A DNA stretch of 64,000 nt. It comes from an uncultured Chlamydiae bacterium (lineage in GTDB: Bacteria; Chlamydiota; Chlamydiia; Chlamydiales; Parachlamydiaceae). Positions 49,908 through 60,082 of this stretch are shown here, piece after piece. Made by a program: the position numbers and the translations under genes. Positions within the stretch are counted from its first letter, which is position 1, and the number at the start of each line of letters is the position of its first letter. The stretch covers positions 128,001 through 192,000 of the forward strand of contig CAVWGN010000001.1 in assembly GCA_963754655.1 (NCBI GenBank), in the 5' to 3' direction. The notes beneath the pieces are model-generated. The model was not told where the DNA came from. It saw nothing but the letters and a program-made list of their open reading frames with translations, and searched no databases.

Positions 49908-50819
49908 TTAGCCTATTTGTTGCACTTGAAAAATCAATAAACGAGTCAAAGCCTCCAAATCTCCCTGATTCAGTTTTAAGTCCACAAGGGTTTGATTGAA
50001 TTGTTGAATTTCCTCGTGGAACATTTGCTTAGCTTGTTCTTTTCCAAGGATATTGGCAATATTTAGGGGGTGTTGATGCGCCAAATCTTGAGCCATATCA
50101 TCTAAATCATCTGCTATTTGAAAAGCCCGACCAAAGTGGGCAGCGCTTTTCTTAACTAATTCAAGTTGAGCGAGATTTCCGCCGCCAAAAAGCCAACCTA
50201 AAACAAAAGAAATTTCAAAGAGAGTCACGGTTTTCTTTTGAATGACCTCTTGCACTAGCTCAAGCGAAAGGTTAGGAGGGATTAAATCCAAAAATTGGCC
50301 TCCTGTCGCCCCACACAAACCAGTGTTATGGGTGGCACTTTCAAGAGCAAGAACGCATAAGTAGTCGCGTTGAGCAGCGAAAGGATGTAAACTGTGTTTG
50401 AGTGCATGGGCGTTTTTTGCCAAACACGCATAGCCAGCAGCTATGAGGGCGTAGGTGGCGAGCAAGGCAACAGACTCTCCATAGATGCGATGAGTAGTGG
50501 GCTTGTTGCGCCGCTCATCCTCATTATCCATGCAAGGAAGATCATCAGCAATTAAAGAAGCAGTGTGAAAAAATTCTATTCCCATCGCAGCTTGCGAAAC
50601 GTCCACATCATATCCAAGAGCTTTAGCAATCATGAAAACTAAAGCTGGACGAAATCGCTTGCCTCCATTGAGCAAGGCATATTCACAAGCATCTCTTAAT
50701 GAGCTACGAGCCCCTAGTTGTTCAATATTTTTCCGAAGCTCTTGCTCGACAAGCTGCTTGTAGGGCTCTAAAATGCTCTCTAAAGAAAATTGAGTTTGCA
50801 TTGCCATTTTGGTTATCAT
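49908..50819 (-). CDS. ispA: Polyprenyl (farnesyl/geranylgeranyl) diphosphate synthase
   Basis: GGKRFRP, SLIADDLPCMD...RR, GQFLD, FQIADD. Confidence 0.9.
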   Translation of the reverse strand: MITKMAMQTQFSLESILEPYKQLVEQELRKNIEQLGARSSLRDACEYALLNGGKRFRPALVFMIAKALGYDVDVSQAAMGIEFFHTASLIADDLPCMDNEDERRNKPTTHRIYGESVALLATYALIAAGYACLAKNAHALKHSLHPFAAQRDYLCVLALESATHNTGLCGATGGQFLDLIPPNLSLELVQEVIQKKTVTLFEISFVLGWLFGGGNLAQLELVKKSAAHFGRAFQIADDLDDMAQDLAHQHPLNIANILGKEQAKQMFHEEIQQFNQTLVDLKLNQGDLEALTRLLIFQVQQIG

Positions 50820-50891
50820 CTGCTAACGACTCTTCATTTAAAAGAAAACCATTTTACTCGGTAAGCGATTAAATGAATAGATCATATTCAC

Positions 50892-51608
50892 TTAATAAGA
50901 GGTGATAATAGGTTTGGCATAAGGCTTAATTAACGAGCGAGAAGGAATAAAGCCTTCAATATTTAAACAAGGATAGCAACGCACTTCTTGTCCAATTAAC
51001 GTTCCTGGATTAGTCACCGTATTGCATCCAATTTGGCTTTTGTCTCCTATCATTGCTCCCAATTTACGCATGTGGGTAGAAATGTGTTGGCCGGTTATAT
51101 GAAGATTAATGGATGTTTGATCAAGCTTAAAATTGGCGCATTTAGTGCCAGCTCCTAAATTGACTTCATTGCCTACAATGCAATCTCCTACATAGGCAAA
51201 ATGGGCAGCATGGGCTCGATTGAGAAAAATGGAATGCTTGACTTCAGAATCATGTCCAATTACGCAATAATCGCCCGTCAAAACATTTCCTCTAATATAG
51301 GCTCCATGACGAATCAGACAATGCTTACCAATCACGCATGGCCCTTGAATATAGGCGCCAGGTTCAACAATAGATCCCTCGCCAATAAAAATTTCTTCGG
51401 GATTAACAAGATAAGCATAAGGCGAAACGATACCTTCTTGGCGACCCAAAGACTGCGTTTGAAGATAAGCGGCCAGTTGCTGTAAGACAAGCCATGGAAA
51501 TGGGTCACCTTGGAAAAGAGATGCATGGTGAAATTGCGAAAAGTCAAAGAAATACGATGAAAGAGACACAAATGGATTCACCTCGATAAAGAATAAGTTG
51601 AAGAGCAA
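50892..51608 (-). CDS. glmU: GlmU-like left-handed beta-helix acyltransferase (chlamydial GlmU)
   Basis: Hexapeptide repeats, AHFAYVGD, NLGAGT..AN, RKLGA..GD; start uncertain. Confidence 0.72.
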   Translation of the reverse strand: MLFNLFFIEVNPFVSLSSYFFDFSQFHHASLFQGDPFPWLVLQQLAAYLQTQSLGRQEGIVSPYAYLVNPEEIFIGEGSIVEPGAYIQGPCVIGKHCLIRHGAYIRGNVLTGDYCVIGHDSEVKHSIFLNRAHAAHFAYVGDCIVGNEVNLGAGTKCANFKLDQTSINLHITGQHISTHMRKLGAMIGDKSQIGCNTVTNPGTLIGQEVRCYPCLNIEGFIPSRSLIKPYAKPIITSY

Positions 51609-51617
51609 AACATAAAG

Positions 51618-51990
51618 TTTCCCACACCTTTCTTACAAGAAGAATAATAGTTATTTATAATACTTCTTCTTCTTCTGGTGTTGTGGGTTTGTTTATAACT
51701 CGAGCATTCTCCTCTTAATTCCTCTGTTGATAACCTCTTAAACTTTTGTTTAAAAGTTGGCAGTTATAAGCAGGTAGCCCTGTTATCGTCATTTCCTCTT
51801 GCCTCTTATGAACATTAAATCCAGCGTTATTTACACAGACAAAAAGCAATCTGCGTCATGTATTTGCTATTTTCACAGCAATAACTAATTACTTGTTTAT
51901 TTAATTTTTTTCTTCAGTTTTTAACGTTTTTTTAATTTTTGCTGTGAATTAATGTTAATTAGATTTAAAATTAGATAATTATAATCAAAC
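51618..51990. promoter_or_regulatory. Cluster of DnaA-box-like 9-mers plus an AT-rich tract (candidate oriC)
   Basis: Single-mismatch TTWTNCACA-like 9-mers at 51618, 51690(rc), 51725(rc), 51747(rc), 51806, 51827 and 51869. Confidence 0.45.
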
Positions 51991-52004
51991 TTTGGAAAAA
52001 TGCT

Positions 52005-53006
52005 ATGCAAGTTTCAAGATTTTATTCTCTCCAGGATCTGATGGTTGATGAGTGGTTCGATATGCTGGATAATCAGGCTCAGCCTGATCTAGAGATCGAT
52101 GAACAAGAAACAACGTATATTTATAAAGTGGAATCAGACGCTAGTTTTTATCTCAATAATAAGACTCAGGAGCCAGGAATCTATTTGATGAAGGCATCAC
52201 CTGCTATTGCTGAGGACATTTCTAAGAATTATTCACTGAATGTGCACAAATTTTCTTTTTCTCAGCTGGTCTTTTTATCCGATCTTTTTTCGACAAGTGT
52301 GCCAATTTTAATTCCGGATGAAGAGGAAATTTTAGCGATTGCTGACAAAGGAGAGGCTGCGAATTACCTCAAAGAATTTCCATCTACTGAAGGTCTGGTT
52401 AAAATGCGCGAAAAAGTTTGGAACAAATATTTTGATCAGGGATTAATGGCAATGATTCGTCGCTTTTTTTCTAGTCTTAGCCAGTTTTTTATTAAGTATA
52501 ATAAATTTGTTGAGACAGGTGTTTGGCCAGGAAATACTTGTACGTATGCTGATCAAGTTGTAGCTCAAATTAATTTAATTAAAAGAATTTTTATTGCTTA
52601 TGCTTATAAAGCGAGTAAACTCATTCTTAGCGAACGGTTGGGGAAAACGTTAGAAGAATTAGAAGAAATGGAATTTGAAGCCATTCAAAAGCTTTATAGA
52701 CAAAAAGCATTGCGGACTCATCCAGATAAGAATCGAGCTTCTAATGCAGCGGCGCAATTTGAAGAGATCAATAGTATTTGGGAAGACTTTGCTAAATTGA
52801 ATAGATTGAAACTAGAATTTAAAGTCGATCAATTACAAGAGGAAGATGAAAAAAGTCTTTTAATTTTTGAAAAAGAGCTTGCAAAATCAGATAAAATTCT
52901 TTCTACAGAAGACCCTACTTCGTTAGACAAAATTTTAGGTGAGTACCGTTTCAAAACCGGTCATCCTTTTAAAAGTCTTTTAACTTTGCCAGCTTCTGTT
53001 AACTAG
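52005..53006 (+). CDS. Protein with an internal J (DnaJ) domain
   Basis: IQKLYRQKALRTHPDKN...AAAQFEEIN in the C-terminal half. Confidence 0.75.
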   Translation: MQVSRFYSLQDLMVDEWFDMLDNQAQPDLEIDEQETTYIYKVESDASFYLNNKTQEPGIYLMKASPAIAEDISKNYSLNVHKFSFSQLVFLSDLFSTSVPILIPDEEEILAIADKGEAANYLKEFPSTEGLVKMREKVWNKYFDQGLMAMIRRFFSSLSQFFIKYNKFVETGVWPGNTCTYADQVVAQINLIKRIFIAYAYKASKLILSERLGKTLEELEEMEFEAIQKLYRQKALRTHPDKNRASNAAAQFEEINSIWEDFAKLNRLKLEFKVDQLQEEDEKSLLIFEKELAKSDKILSTEDPTSLDKILGEYRFKTGHPFKSLLTLPASVN

Positions 53007-53009
53007 ATC

Positions 53010-54161
53010 ATGAATCATTCCATCCCTTTCTTTTCTCGCTGCTCCCATTTTGGGCAGTGCGCAGGATGTAGTGAATACTTATCATTAGAGCCTCCTCCTA
53101 TATGGGAAGAGGTGTTATCTTTTTTTAATTTCTCTTCACCCCCAACTTTGCATGTAGGCTCTCCCGTTCATTGGCGCCATCGTGCCAAAATGGCCATTAG
53201 GGGAACCTTCACACATCCTCAAATTGGACTTTTTAAGCGCAATTCACATGAGGTTTTTTCCATTCCATTATGTTTAGTTCACCACCCTCATCTTAATCAA
53301 GCTTTTGAAATTGTTCGCAAATGGATGCAAATGCACGCACTTATTCCTTATGAAGAAAAAACTAGGCAAGGCGAGTTACGTTATTTGCAGGGGGTTGTGC
53401 AAAGGTCAACCGGTCAAGTTCAACTTGCCTTTGTTTTCAATTCTTCCTCTTTGAAAAAGGAGCAAGTCCGCCGTTGGCATGCACTTGTTGAGCAGCTGGG
53501 AAAAGAGCATTCCACCTTTTGGCATTCTTTATGGATCAATTTTAATGATCGTCCTGTCAACACGATTTTTGGACAAGAATGGCGTCATGTTTGGGGAGAA
53601 GAACAATTATGGGAACAATTTGGAGAAGTGGCAGTTTGTTATGGTCCTGCAAGCTTTGGCCAGGCGAATTTGCCCCTTTTTGAACGTATGCTCAATCGCA
53701 TCTGCGAATTGTTACCCCATCAAGCGCGTGTAGCCGAATTTTATGCAGGAGTCGGAGCGATAGGATTATGCATTTCTCCGCATTGCCAATGGGTTCGCTG
53801 CAGCGAGATGAATCCTTTTGCAGAGACTTATTTTCAACAAGCACGCGCACAAATGTCCTCACATCTATCTTCTCGTTTAACATTTTTCTCAGGAACTACT
53901 CAAGATACTCTTTCGCTTTTAGAAGATGCTACAACAGCCATTGTAGATCCTCCTAGAAAAGGATTACATATCCATTTCTTTTCTGCTTTAAAAGATGCTC
54001 AAACTGTTCGACAACTATTATACATTAGTTGCGGATGGGAATCTTTCAAACAAGATTGTCAAAAATTATGCGAGGAAGGATGGAAAGTGCAAAGTGTTGA
54101 TGGCTATCATTTTTTTCCGGGCAGCAATCACATAGAATTGTTGGTGCATTTTGAAAGATGA
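53010..54161 (+). CDS. RlmD/TrmA-family RNA (uracil-5)-methyltransferase
   Basis: CSHFGQCAGC, SFGQAN, FYAGVG, VDPPRKGL, YISC, FFPGSNHIE. Confidence 0.9.
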   Translation: MNHSIPFFSRCSHFGQCAGCSEYLSLEPPPIWEEVLSFFNFSSPPTLHVGSPVHWRHRAKMAIRGTFTHPQIGLFKRNSHEVFSIPLCLVHHPHLNQAFEIVRKWMQMHALIPYEEKTRQGELRYLQGVVQRSTGQVQLAFVFNSSSLKKEQVRRWHALVEQLGKEHSTFWHSLWINFNDRPVNTIFGQEWRHVWGEEQLWEQFGEVAVCYGPASFGQANLPLFERMLNRICELLPHQARVAEFYAGVGAIGLCISPHCQWVRCSEMNPFAETYFQQARAQMSSHLSSRLTFFSGTTQDTLSLLEDATTAIVDPPRKGLHIHFFSALKDAQTVRQLLYISCGWESFKQDCQKLCEEGWKVQSVDGYHFFPGSNHIELLVHFER

Positions 54162-54178
54162 AATTGATTACTTGTTGA

Positions 54179-55261
54179 TTACTTTTTGGTTTTATCAAGA
54201 TTATTTTGTTCGTTGCTTGGCATGTTCGTATCAAAAAATTTCAGAGCCGCATTACCAATTGCTTCATGCATTTGTGCTCGGTTTACGCCAGGGGCGTCAA
54301 TGCAGGCTTCCGGAAATGCGTCTTTACCCATTTGGTCGCATTCATTGACAAAGATTTCATGATCCACCGGGCCTGGAATGACTTCCAATTTTACATTAGG
54401 AATATATTTAGCTGCAAATTCTGCATTTTCTTTGACGGGGGCTTGTGTATCAATTGAGCCAACAATAATATAGGTGGGGATTTTCAGCTGTTGAAGTCCT
54501 TCTTTATCCATTCCAAAACCTTGAATATCGCCGGGAGCCATCGAAAAAACTGCTTTAACACGACTGTCGTGAACATTGAGTGTTTGCTCTGCATCGAGTG
54601 GTAACTCTTTTCGCAAATATTCTGGCACCATTGGATTATTAATCCACCAGCGTTGAAAATCGAGATATTTATTAGGATTAACTTTTGCTCCACCTATCCA
54701 AAGCGCTGTAAAACCACCTTGTGAGTGACCGGCAACTCCAATTCGATTCGCATCAATGTGTGGTCCCCAAAACTTGTCTTCCAATAAAAAGGAGATGATT
54801 AGGCTGATATCCAGTGGACGCTGCCAAAGCTTATTTGCCAAGTACATAATCGTTGAATCATATGTGTTGGCACGATAATGATAAATACTTGCGACAATAT
54901 AACCGCGCGCCGCTAAGAATTCAGCGAACCAAGCGTAATAAATTCCATTACTACCACGACCATGTGAAAATAGGATAAGGGGCCGTTTGACGTTATCGGA
55001 TAAGGGTGGAGCATCTTGATAGATTTTTAGCTTAGTGAAAAAGGGTATGCGAGTAGGCGTTATTTCATTTTGAATAACAGCTGGATAGAATAATGCAAAT
55101 GTCACATGGCGATCAATGCTTCCTGGAGCAACAAATTCCATTTGTTTCATTCCAACTGGATAGAGAGCCTTAGATGAATCATTTTCGACGGCTATTACTC
55201 TAGAGCACACCATCAGGTAACAAAGCATACTTAAAAAGAAATGATTGGTTGACATAGTCAC
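54179..55261 (-). CDS. Secreted alpha/beta hydrolase (dienelactone hydrolase/PAF-AH-like)
   Basis: Signal peptide, PLILFSHG, LAARGYIV, GHSQGG nucleophile elbow. Confidence 0.85.
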   Translation of the reverse strand: MTMSTNHFFLSMLCYLMVCSRVIAVENDSSKALYPVGMKQMEFVAPGSIDRHVTFALFYPAVIQNEITPTRIPFFTKLKIYQDAPPLSDNVKRPLILFSHGRGSNGIYYAWFAEFLAARGYIVASIYHYRANTYDSTIMYLANKLWQRPLDISLIISFLLEDKFWGPHIDANRIGVAGHSQGGFTALWIGGAKVNPNKYLDFQRWWINNPMVPEYLRKELPLDAEQTLNVHDSRVKAVFSMAPGDIQGFGMDKEGLQQLKIPTYIIVGSIDTQAPVKENAEFAAKYIPNVKLEVIPGPVDHEIFVNECDQMGKDAFPEACIDAPGVNRAQMHEAIGNAALKFFDTNMPSNEQNNLDKTKK

Positions 55262-55535
55262 AGCTCTGTTTTTGGTAATAATTTAGTGCTCTAGTATTCT
55301 TTATCCATATATCCATATGCTCCAATCCCCTCCTATTGTCAATTAATTTTTTAAAATTTTATCCATTATCACCTTTATTAAGAAGACGGGTCAAGTTAGA
55401 GAATTTTAAATTCATAAACATCTTGTTTTGTTTCATTTATAATTGAATTTGTCAACCTCCTTTTCTATCGACAATAAATGAAATCCTTTTTATAGATGAG
55501 TTTAATTAAAAATAAGTAGAGAGAGGAGTTTTCTT

Positions 55536-55742
55536 ATGTCAAACTCAGCCTGGATACGTGATTGGGATACAGCAAGGCTTTTAATATTAAGACGATGGGA
55601 TAAAATAAAACCTCAAGAACTTGAATATGCTCCTGCCCTATTTGGTGAGGTAGTGAAGATTATTCAAAAACATTATCACGACGACCCCAAACCCAATATA
55701 GAATCAGATTTAAGAAATTTGATCGACCAAATAGATCGATAA
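55536..55742 (+). CDS. Small hypothetical protein
   Basis: 68-aa ORF with a strong SD (GAGGAG). Confidence 0.5.
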   Translation: MSNSAWIRDWDTARLLILRRWDKIKPQELEYAPALFGEVVKIIQKHYHDDPKPNIESDLRNLIDQIDR

Positions 55743-55848
55743 GATTCAGGGTATTTTTTGAGAAAATCTTGTGAGATCTAAACAAATATCCCTAGTAGTT
55801 TTGCGTATTTGGACTGCTTGAAGGAGGACTAGTCCTTAAGGAAAAGAA

Positions 55849-55896
55849 TCTGGGTGATAGGATTCGAACCTACGACCCCTTGCACCCCATGCAAGT
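55849..55896 (-). repeat. 3' fragment of tRNA-Pro(GGG), probable att site
   Basis: Reverse complement ACTTGCATGGGGTGCAAGGGGTCGTAGGTTCGAATCCTATCACCCAGA gives anticodon arm, T arm and acceptor 3' strand; the D arm and 5' strand are missing. Confidence 0.85.
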
Positions 55897-56067
55897 TTAT
55901 CTGTGTCTTATTCAGTTTAATTTAGTCTCATCCAGTCTCACAAAAATCAACTTCACAATGCATCTTAGATGTTGATATCTAATTTTACTTGTCTTATCAT
56001 GTCTTCATGAATTCGATGCAATTTCATGTGGTCTCATCCACCACCTATTCACCACCCAGAGATTTTC

Positions 56068-57384
56068 ATGAGCATGAGCAATACTATACCACGTAGCAGC
56101 GGGGATGACTACTGTCAAAAGTTAAAACCGCAAGAAAAGGCGATTTATATTCGCGATTCGCAGGTCAAGGGCTTAGTTCTGCGGGTTAAACCGACAGGAT
56201 CAAAATCTTGGATTTTTTGCTATTCAGTTCCTTGTCCTAAAAGAAAATGGAGGGAAAGAAAAAAAGGACTTGGGCCCTTCAGGCTCGGACGAAACGATGC
56301 AGCAGGACTCACAGTTAATGCAGCTCGCATGGAAGCTGAGCGATTGAAAAATGAAGTGAGACATAATCAAGCAGATCCTGTTGAAGATAAAAGAAGATTG
56401 GCAGCTGAAATACGTCGCGAAAAAGCGAATAATATTTTTGTCAGTGAGCTTTTCGAAAAATGGTTTGATGCCGATCTAGTAAATCGTAAAGATAAAGGAG
56501 CAGAGGCTCGCCGAATGATGTTGAAAGATGTACTTCCTGACATCGGTAACTTCAACATCAAAGATGTTCAGAAGAGCCAAATCTTTGAAATTACCGATAA
56601 ATTATTAAAACGAGGCGTTAACCGGATGGCAAAAGTGGTTTTTAGCTTAATCCGGCAGATGTTTCGCTTTGCTGTAGCTCGTGATCTTTTAAAAATTGAT
56701 CCCACAGCATCGATTAGTAAAATCAATATCGGTGGCTCGAATGTAGAACGAGATAGACTCTTAACTGAAGATGAAATCAAAGAATTGGCCAAAAAGCTAC
56801 CAGAAGCCAACATGAAGGAAGTCAGCATCATTGCAATCTGGATTACTCTTGCGACATGTTGTCGTATTGGAGAAATTTTAAGGGCTCGTTGGTCGCATTT
56901 TGATATGAATAAAAGAATTTGGGAAATCCCTGCAGAACATAGCAAGAATGAAAAGGAACATACAGTATTTCTATCCGATTTTGCCTTCGATTTATTTCAA
57001 AAGCTTCAGGCGATCACAGGAAATAGCGAGTGGTGTTTTCCAACAAAAGAGAAAAGTTCTCACATATGCGTTAAAACGATTACCAAACAAGTTTCCGATC
57101 GGCAACGGAAAAAAGACCCATATTCCAAAAGAGCACAACTAACAGATATTCTGATACTTTCGAAAGGCATTTGGAAACCACATGATTTAAGAAGAACAGG
57201 CGCTACTCTGATGACTTCATTGGGCGTGCTTCCCGAGGTTGCTGAACGCTGTCTTAACCACGCTGAAGAAAACAAAGTCAAAAGAATCTATCAACGTTAT
57301 GGTTACGAGCCGGAAATGAAACAAGCTTGGGAAAAGCTTGGAGACCACCTTAATAAGCTAATCACTGAAAAATCACATCACTGA
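56068..57384 (+). CDS. P4-like tyrosine integrase with an arm-binding domain
   Basis: GLVLRVKPTGSKSW arm domain; catalytic R (CCRIGE), HDLRRT, LNH, Y. Confidence 0.93.
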   Translation: MSMSNTIPRSSGDDYCQKLKPQEKAIYIRDSQVKGLVLRVKPTGSKSWIFCYSVPCPKRKWRERKKGLGPFRLGRNDAAGLTVNAARMEAERLKNEVRHNQADPVEDKRRLAAEIRREKANNIFVSELFEKWFDADLVNRKDKGAEARRMMLKDVLPDIGNFNIKDVQKSQIFEITDKLLKRGVNRMAKVVFSLIRQMFRFAVARDLLKIDPTASISKINIGGSNVERDRLLTEDEIKELAKKLPEANMKEVSIIAIWITLATCCRIGEILRARWSHFDMNKRIWEIPAEHSKNEKEHTVFLSDFAFDLFQKLQAITGNSEWCFPTKEKSSHICVKTITKQVSDRQRKKDPYSKRAQLTDILILSKGIWKPHDLRRTGATLMTSLGVLPEVAERCLNHAEENKVKRIYQRYGYEPEMKQAWEKLGDHLNKLITEKSHH

Positions 57385-57391
57385 GGTTTTC

Positions 57392-58159
57392 ATGTATAAA
57401 ACTTTTAAACCCAATATTTCAGCTGATTTTCTAAAAACAATGGAAGATAGCCTTCTTGTAAAAGCTCTTATAGAAAGAGCAGGTATAAGTGCATTTAAAA
57501 TGCTTAGTCGATTCACATTAACTTTACCGTTTGCATCGAATCCTGCAGATTGGCTTGTAGAATCAGATGTAAGCCTTCCCAATCAGCTTCCTGATATCAT
57601 TCTATTTCTTAAATATGCATGGCTTTATTCCGAACGTGAGCAAAATGAGCATGTTGACCGGTTGAGAAAATCGGTCTCTGATGAGGTAACATCTTTTGAA
57701 AAAGATCTCTTAATCGAAAATGAGCAAAAGAAGCAGCGCGCAACTGCTAAATTGCTAAGAAATCGCGAAGAAGAGATCAGAACAGCTGAAGAAGAATTGA
57801 TTCGATCTCAATTGCAGTTGAAATCTCAAAACTCTCAAATAAAACAGCAAAAAAAAGATCTTAAAGGTATCCAAAAAGAGTTAGAAATCAAGCGGCAAAA
57901 AGAAAGAGAAAGTAGTATTAGACACTCAGAAGCTGCCAGCAAGCCTCGTAGCTGCGAAGAGCTGAACGAATATCTTGAGGACTTGGTAACGAATAATCCT
58001 GGTAAACTTCCTGGCGAATTGTGGGCTCTCATCCCTAGAGAAAGAGATGGAAGCGATGTTTATAAAGAAAATAACAAAATATGTCATGAAGGATGTAGGT
58101 GTAAACCATTTGGTAAGAAAGCTTTTACCCAAGGATTCAAAAAATCAATGAAAAATTAA
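57392..58159 (+). CDS. Hypothetical coiled-coil protein
   Basis: 255-aa ORF directly after the integrase. Confidence 0.6.
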   Translation: MYKTFKPNISADFLKTMEDSLLVKALIERAGISAFKMLSRFTLTLPFASNPADWLVESDVSLPNQLPDIILFLKYAWLYSEREQNEHVDRLRKSVSDEVTSFEKDLLIENEQKKQRATAKLLRNREEEIRTAEEELIRSQLQLKSQNSQIKQQKKDLKGIQKELEIKRQKERESSIRHSEAASKPRSCEELNEYLEDLVTNNPGKLPGELWALIPRERDGSDVYKENNKICHEGCRCKPFGKKAFTQGFKKSMKN

Positions 58160-58243
58160 GGGAGAATTCTAGCTAGCCACGCTAAAAAGAATCCAGTGTG
58201 AGACCGTATGCACATAGTTAACAACAAAGGAGACTATGTGCAA

Positions 58244-58434
58244 ATGCAATCCACAACATTTTTAAAAGTCATTCAAGTGCCGATCGCTACAGTGTAAATC
58301 GATCTACGATTTGGCGATGGGTCAAACACGGACACTTCCCCAAACCAAAGAAAATTAGCTGCGGTTCAAGTCGATGGAGTATAATAGACCTTGAACAATG
58401 GGAGTACTTAAAAACTTTAAGGGAGGATAAATGA
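58244..58434 (+). pseudogene. AlpA-family excisionase/regulator with a 1-nt frameshift
   Basis: MQSTTFLKVIQV / ADRYSVNRSTIWRWVKHGHFPKPKKISCGSSRWSIIDLEQWE; frame breaks at ~58279; SD AAGGAG. Confidence 0.8.
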
Positions 58435-59078
58435 TGTCAAAATCAAATCCTTCCGAAAAAAAAGATGCCGTCCAGACTATGGACGGCATCCTTATAGATC
58501 AAAAAGCTAATCCGAACAACGTCAAGTCTATCGAAGATCACCCAAAAATACAACATAATGCCTTCAAAATTATGACTGCAAAGGGTGTTGTTCTTGCAAA
58601 ATCTATTAAAAGCACGTTAAAGCAGTTACATGAATGCCGATTTAGTGATTGCTATAGGGCATTTATCTGCCCAATTGCGAAGAAAAGTGAAGTTCAAGTC
58701 TTCCTGGATAAATTCGCGATAGAAGCTGAATTAATAGACGTTTTTGCCGACCTTGAAAAAAGCCGAAAAGTCGATGGGCTGGAAACTCGCTTGAGCATAC
58801 TCGATCAAGAAATATATAAGACATTCAATGATTTCGTTATTAAAGCTCATCAATACGATCCCGAGCGGCCGTACCATGATTTTGAAGTAGAGCCTCTTCC
58901 ATATGATTCTGATAAGCCAAACGATGATATTCGTTTTCGTATTGAACAAGATCTTTACGAACAGTCAGTCAAAAGAAAGAGTATGGAAAAGGAGAGAGAG
59001 AATCTTAGGCGCTCTATAGAATTACACGATACTGAGGCCCTGAAAAAGGAGGAGGCGAAGAAACGCGACTTAGCTTAA
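58431..59078 (+). CDS. Hypothetical protein
   Basis: 215 aa; SD GGAGG; ATGA overlap with the AlpA stop. Confidence 0.6.
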   Translation: MMSKSNPSEKKDAVQTMDGILIDQKANPNNVKSIEDHPKIQHNAFKIMTAKGVVLAKSIKSTLKQLHECRFSDCYRAFICPIAKKSEVQVFLDKFAIEAELIDVFADLEKSRKVDGLETRLSILDQEIYKTFNDFVIKAHQYDPERPYHDFEVEPLPYDSDKPNDDIRFRIEQDLYEQSVKRKSMEKERENLRRSIELHDTEALKKEEAKKRDLA

Positions 59079-59092
59079 AAGAATTCATATTC

Positions 59093-60082
59093 GTGAAGGC
59101 AAGTGAACTTGAAATATCGCCTCCAAAATGGATTGTTGAAGATTATTTTGAAGAGAATAGTTTAGCGCAAATCTTTGGAGACCCGGCTTCTGGCAAGAGT
59201 TTTATTGCATTGGATTTGGCTGCGTCCATCGCTACTGGAAAGTCTTGGATGGGTAAAGAAGTAAAGAAAGGAGTCGTTTTTTATATAGCTGGAGAGGCGC
59301 ATAATGGCCTATCACGACGCTTGAAAGCGTGGAGTGAATATCATAAATTGGTTATTGAAGATTTGTATATTAGTAAACAACCTGCTCAATTTATGGATGA
59401 GAACCATGCAAAAGTTGTTTCAGAAGCGATTCGGAATTTATCAATGTTACACGGAAAACCGGTTCTTGTCGTCATTGACACTCTTGCTCGGAATTTTGGT
59501 AGTGGAGATGAAAGTAAAACTCAAGACATGAACAGATTTATTTATTCAATCGACATGTATATAAGGCTCCCGTTTTCATGTTGTATTCTGATCGTTCATC
59601 ACACTGGACATAACGAGAAAGAGCGAGCAAGAGGCGCGATGGCTTTAAAGGTTGCTCTGGACGCTGAATATTGCATTAAGAAAAAGAATGAATTGATTTC
59701 AATGATTGCCACTAAAATGAAGGACGCCGAATTACCTGCTTCTATTTCGTTCCATCTAACTCCTGTGAACATTGGCATTGTAGATCACAAAGGTAGAAGC
59801 ATCAACAGTGCAGTTTTAAAGCTTACATCCTGCGTTGATGCTGATCTTGAAAAAATTAAAGCCTTAATCCCTGACATTGGAATCAACCAGGGAGATTTGA
59901 TAGAAAAGATCAAAGTCAATTTGGTGGATATGTCAAATGCAAAAGCTCTGGTGCTGCTAGAAGCAGGAGTAACTGCTTCTTACTGGCGTACAGAAAAAGG
60001 GAGGAACAATGCAACGATTTATAATCTGTTTTCTGGTTTTCAATCCTATAAGGATCAAGAAACCGAAAAACCAATGGAATGA
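59093..60082 (+). CDS. RepA-family (AAA_25) helicase
   Basis: GDPASGKS, VFYIAGE, VVIDTLAR, IVHHTG...RARG. Confidence 0.85.
   Translation: MKASELEISPPKWIVEDYFEENSLAQIFGDPASGKSFIALDLAASIATGKSWMGKEVKKGVVFYIAGEAHNGLSRRLKAWSEYHKLVIEDLYISKQPAQFMDENHAKVVSEAIRNLSMLHGKPVLVVIDTLARNFGSGDESKTQDMNRFIYSIDMYIRLPFSCCILIVHHTGHNEKERARGAMALKVALDAEYCIKKKNELISMIATKMKDAELPASISFHLTPVNIGIVDHKGRSINSAVLKLTSCVDADLEKIKALIPDIGINQGDLIEKIKVNLVDMSNAKALVLLEAGVTASYWRTEKGRNNATIYNLFSGFQSYKDQETEKPME

Noticed and set aside
55849..55896. Complete tRNA-Pro gene
   Set aside because: The D arm and 5' acceptor strand are missing, so it is treated as an att fragment.
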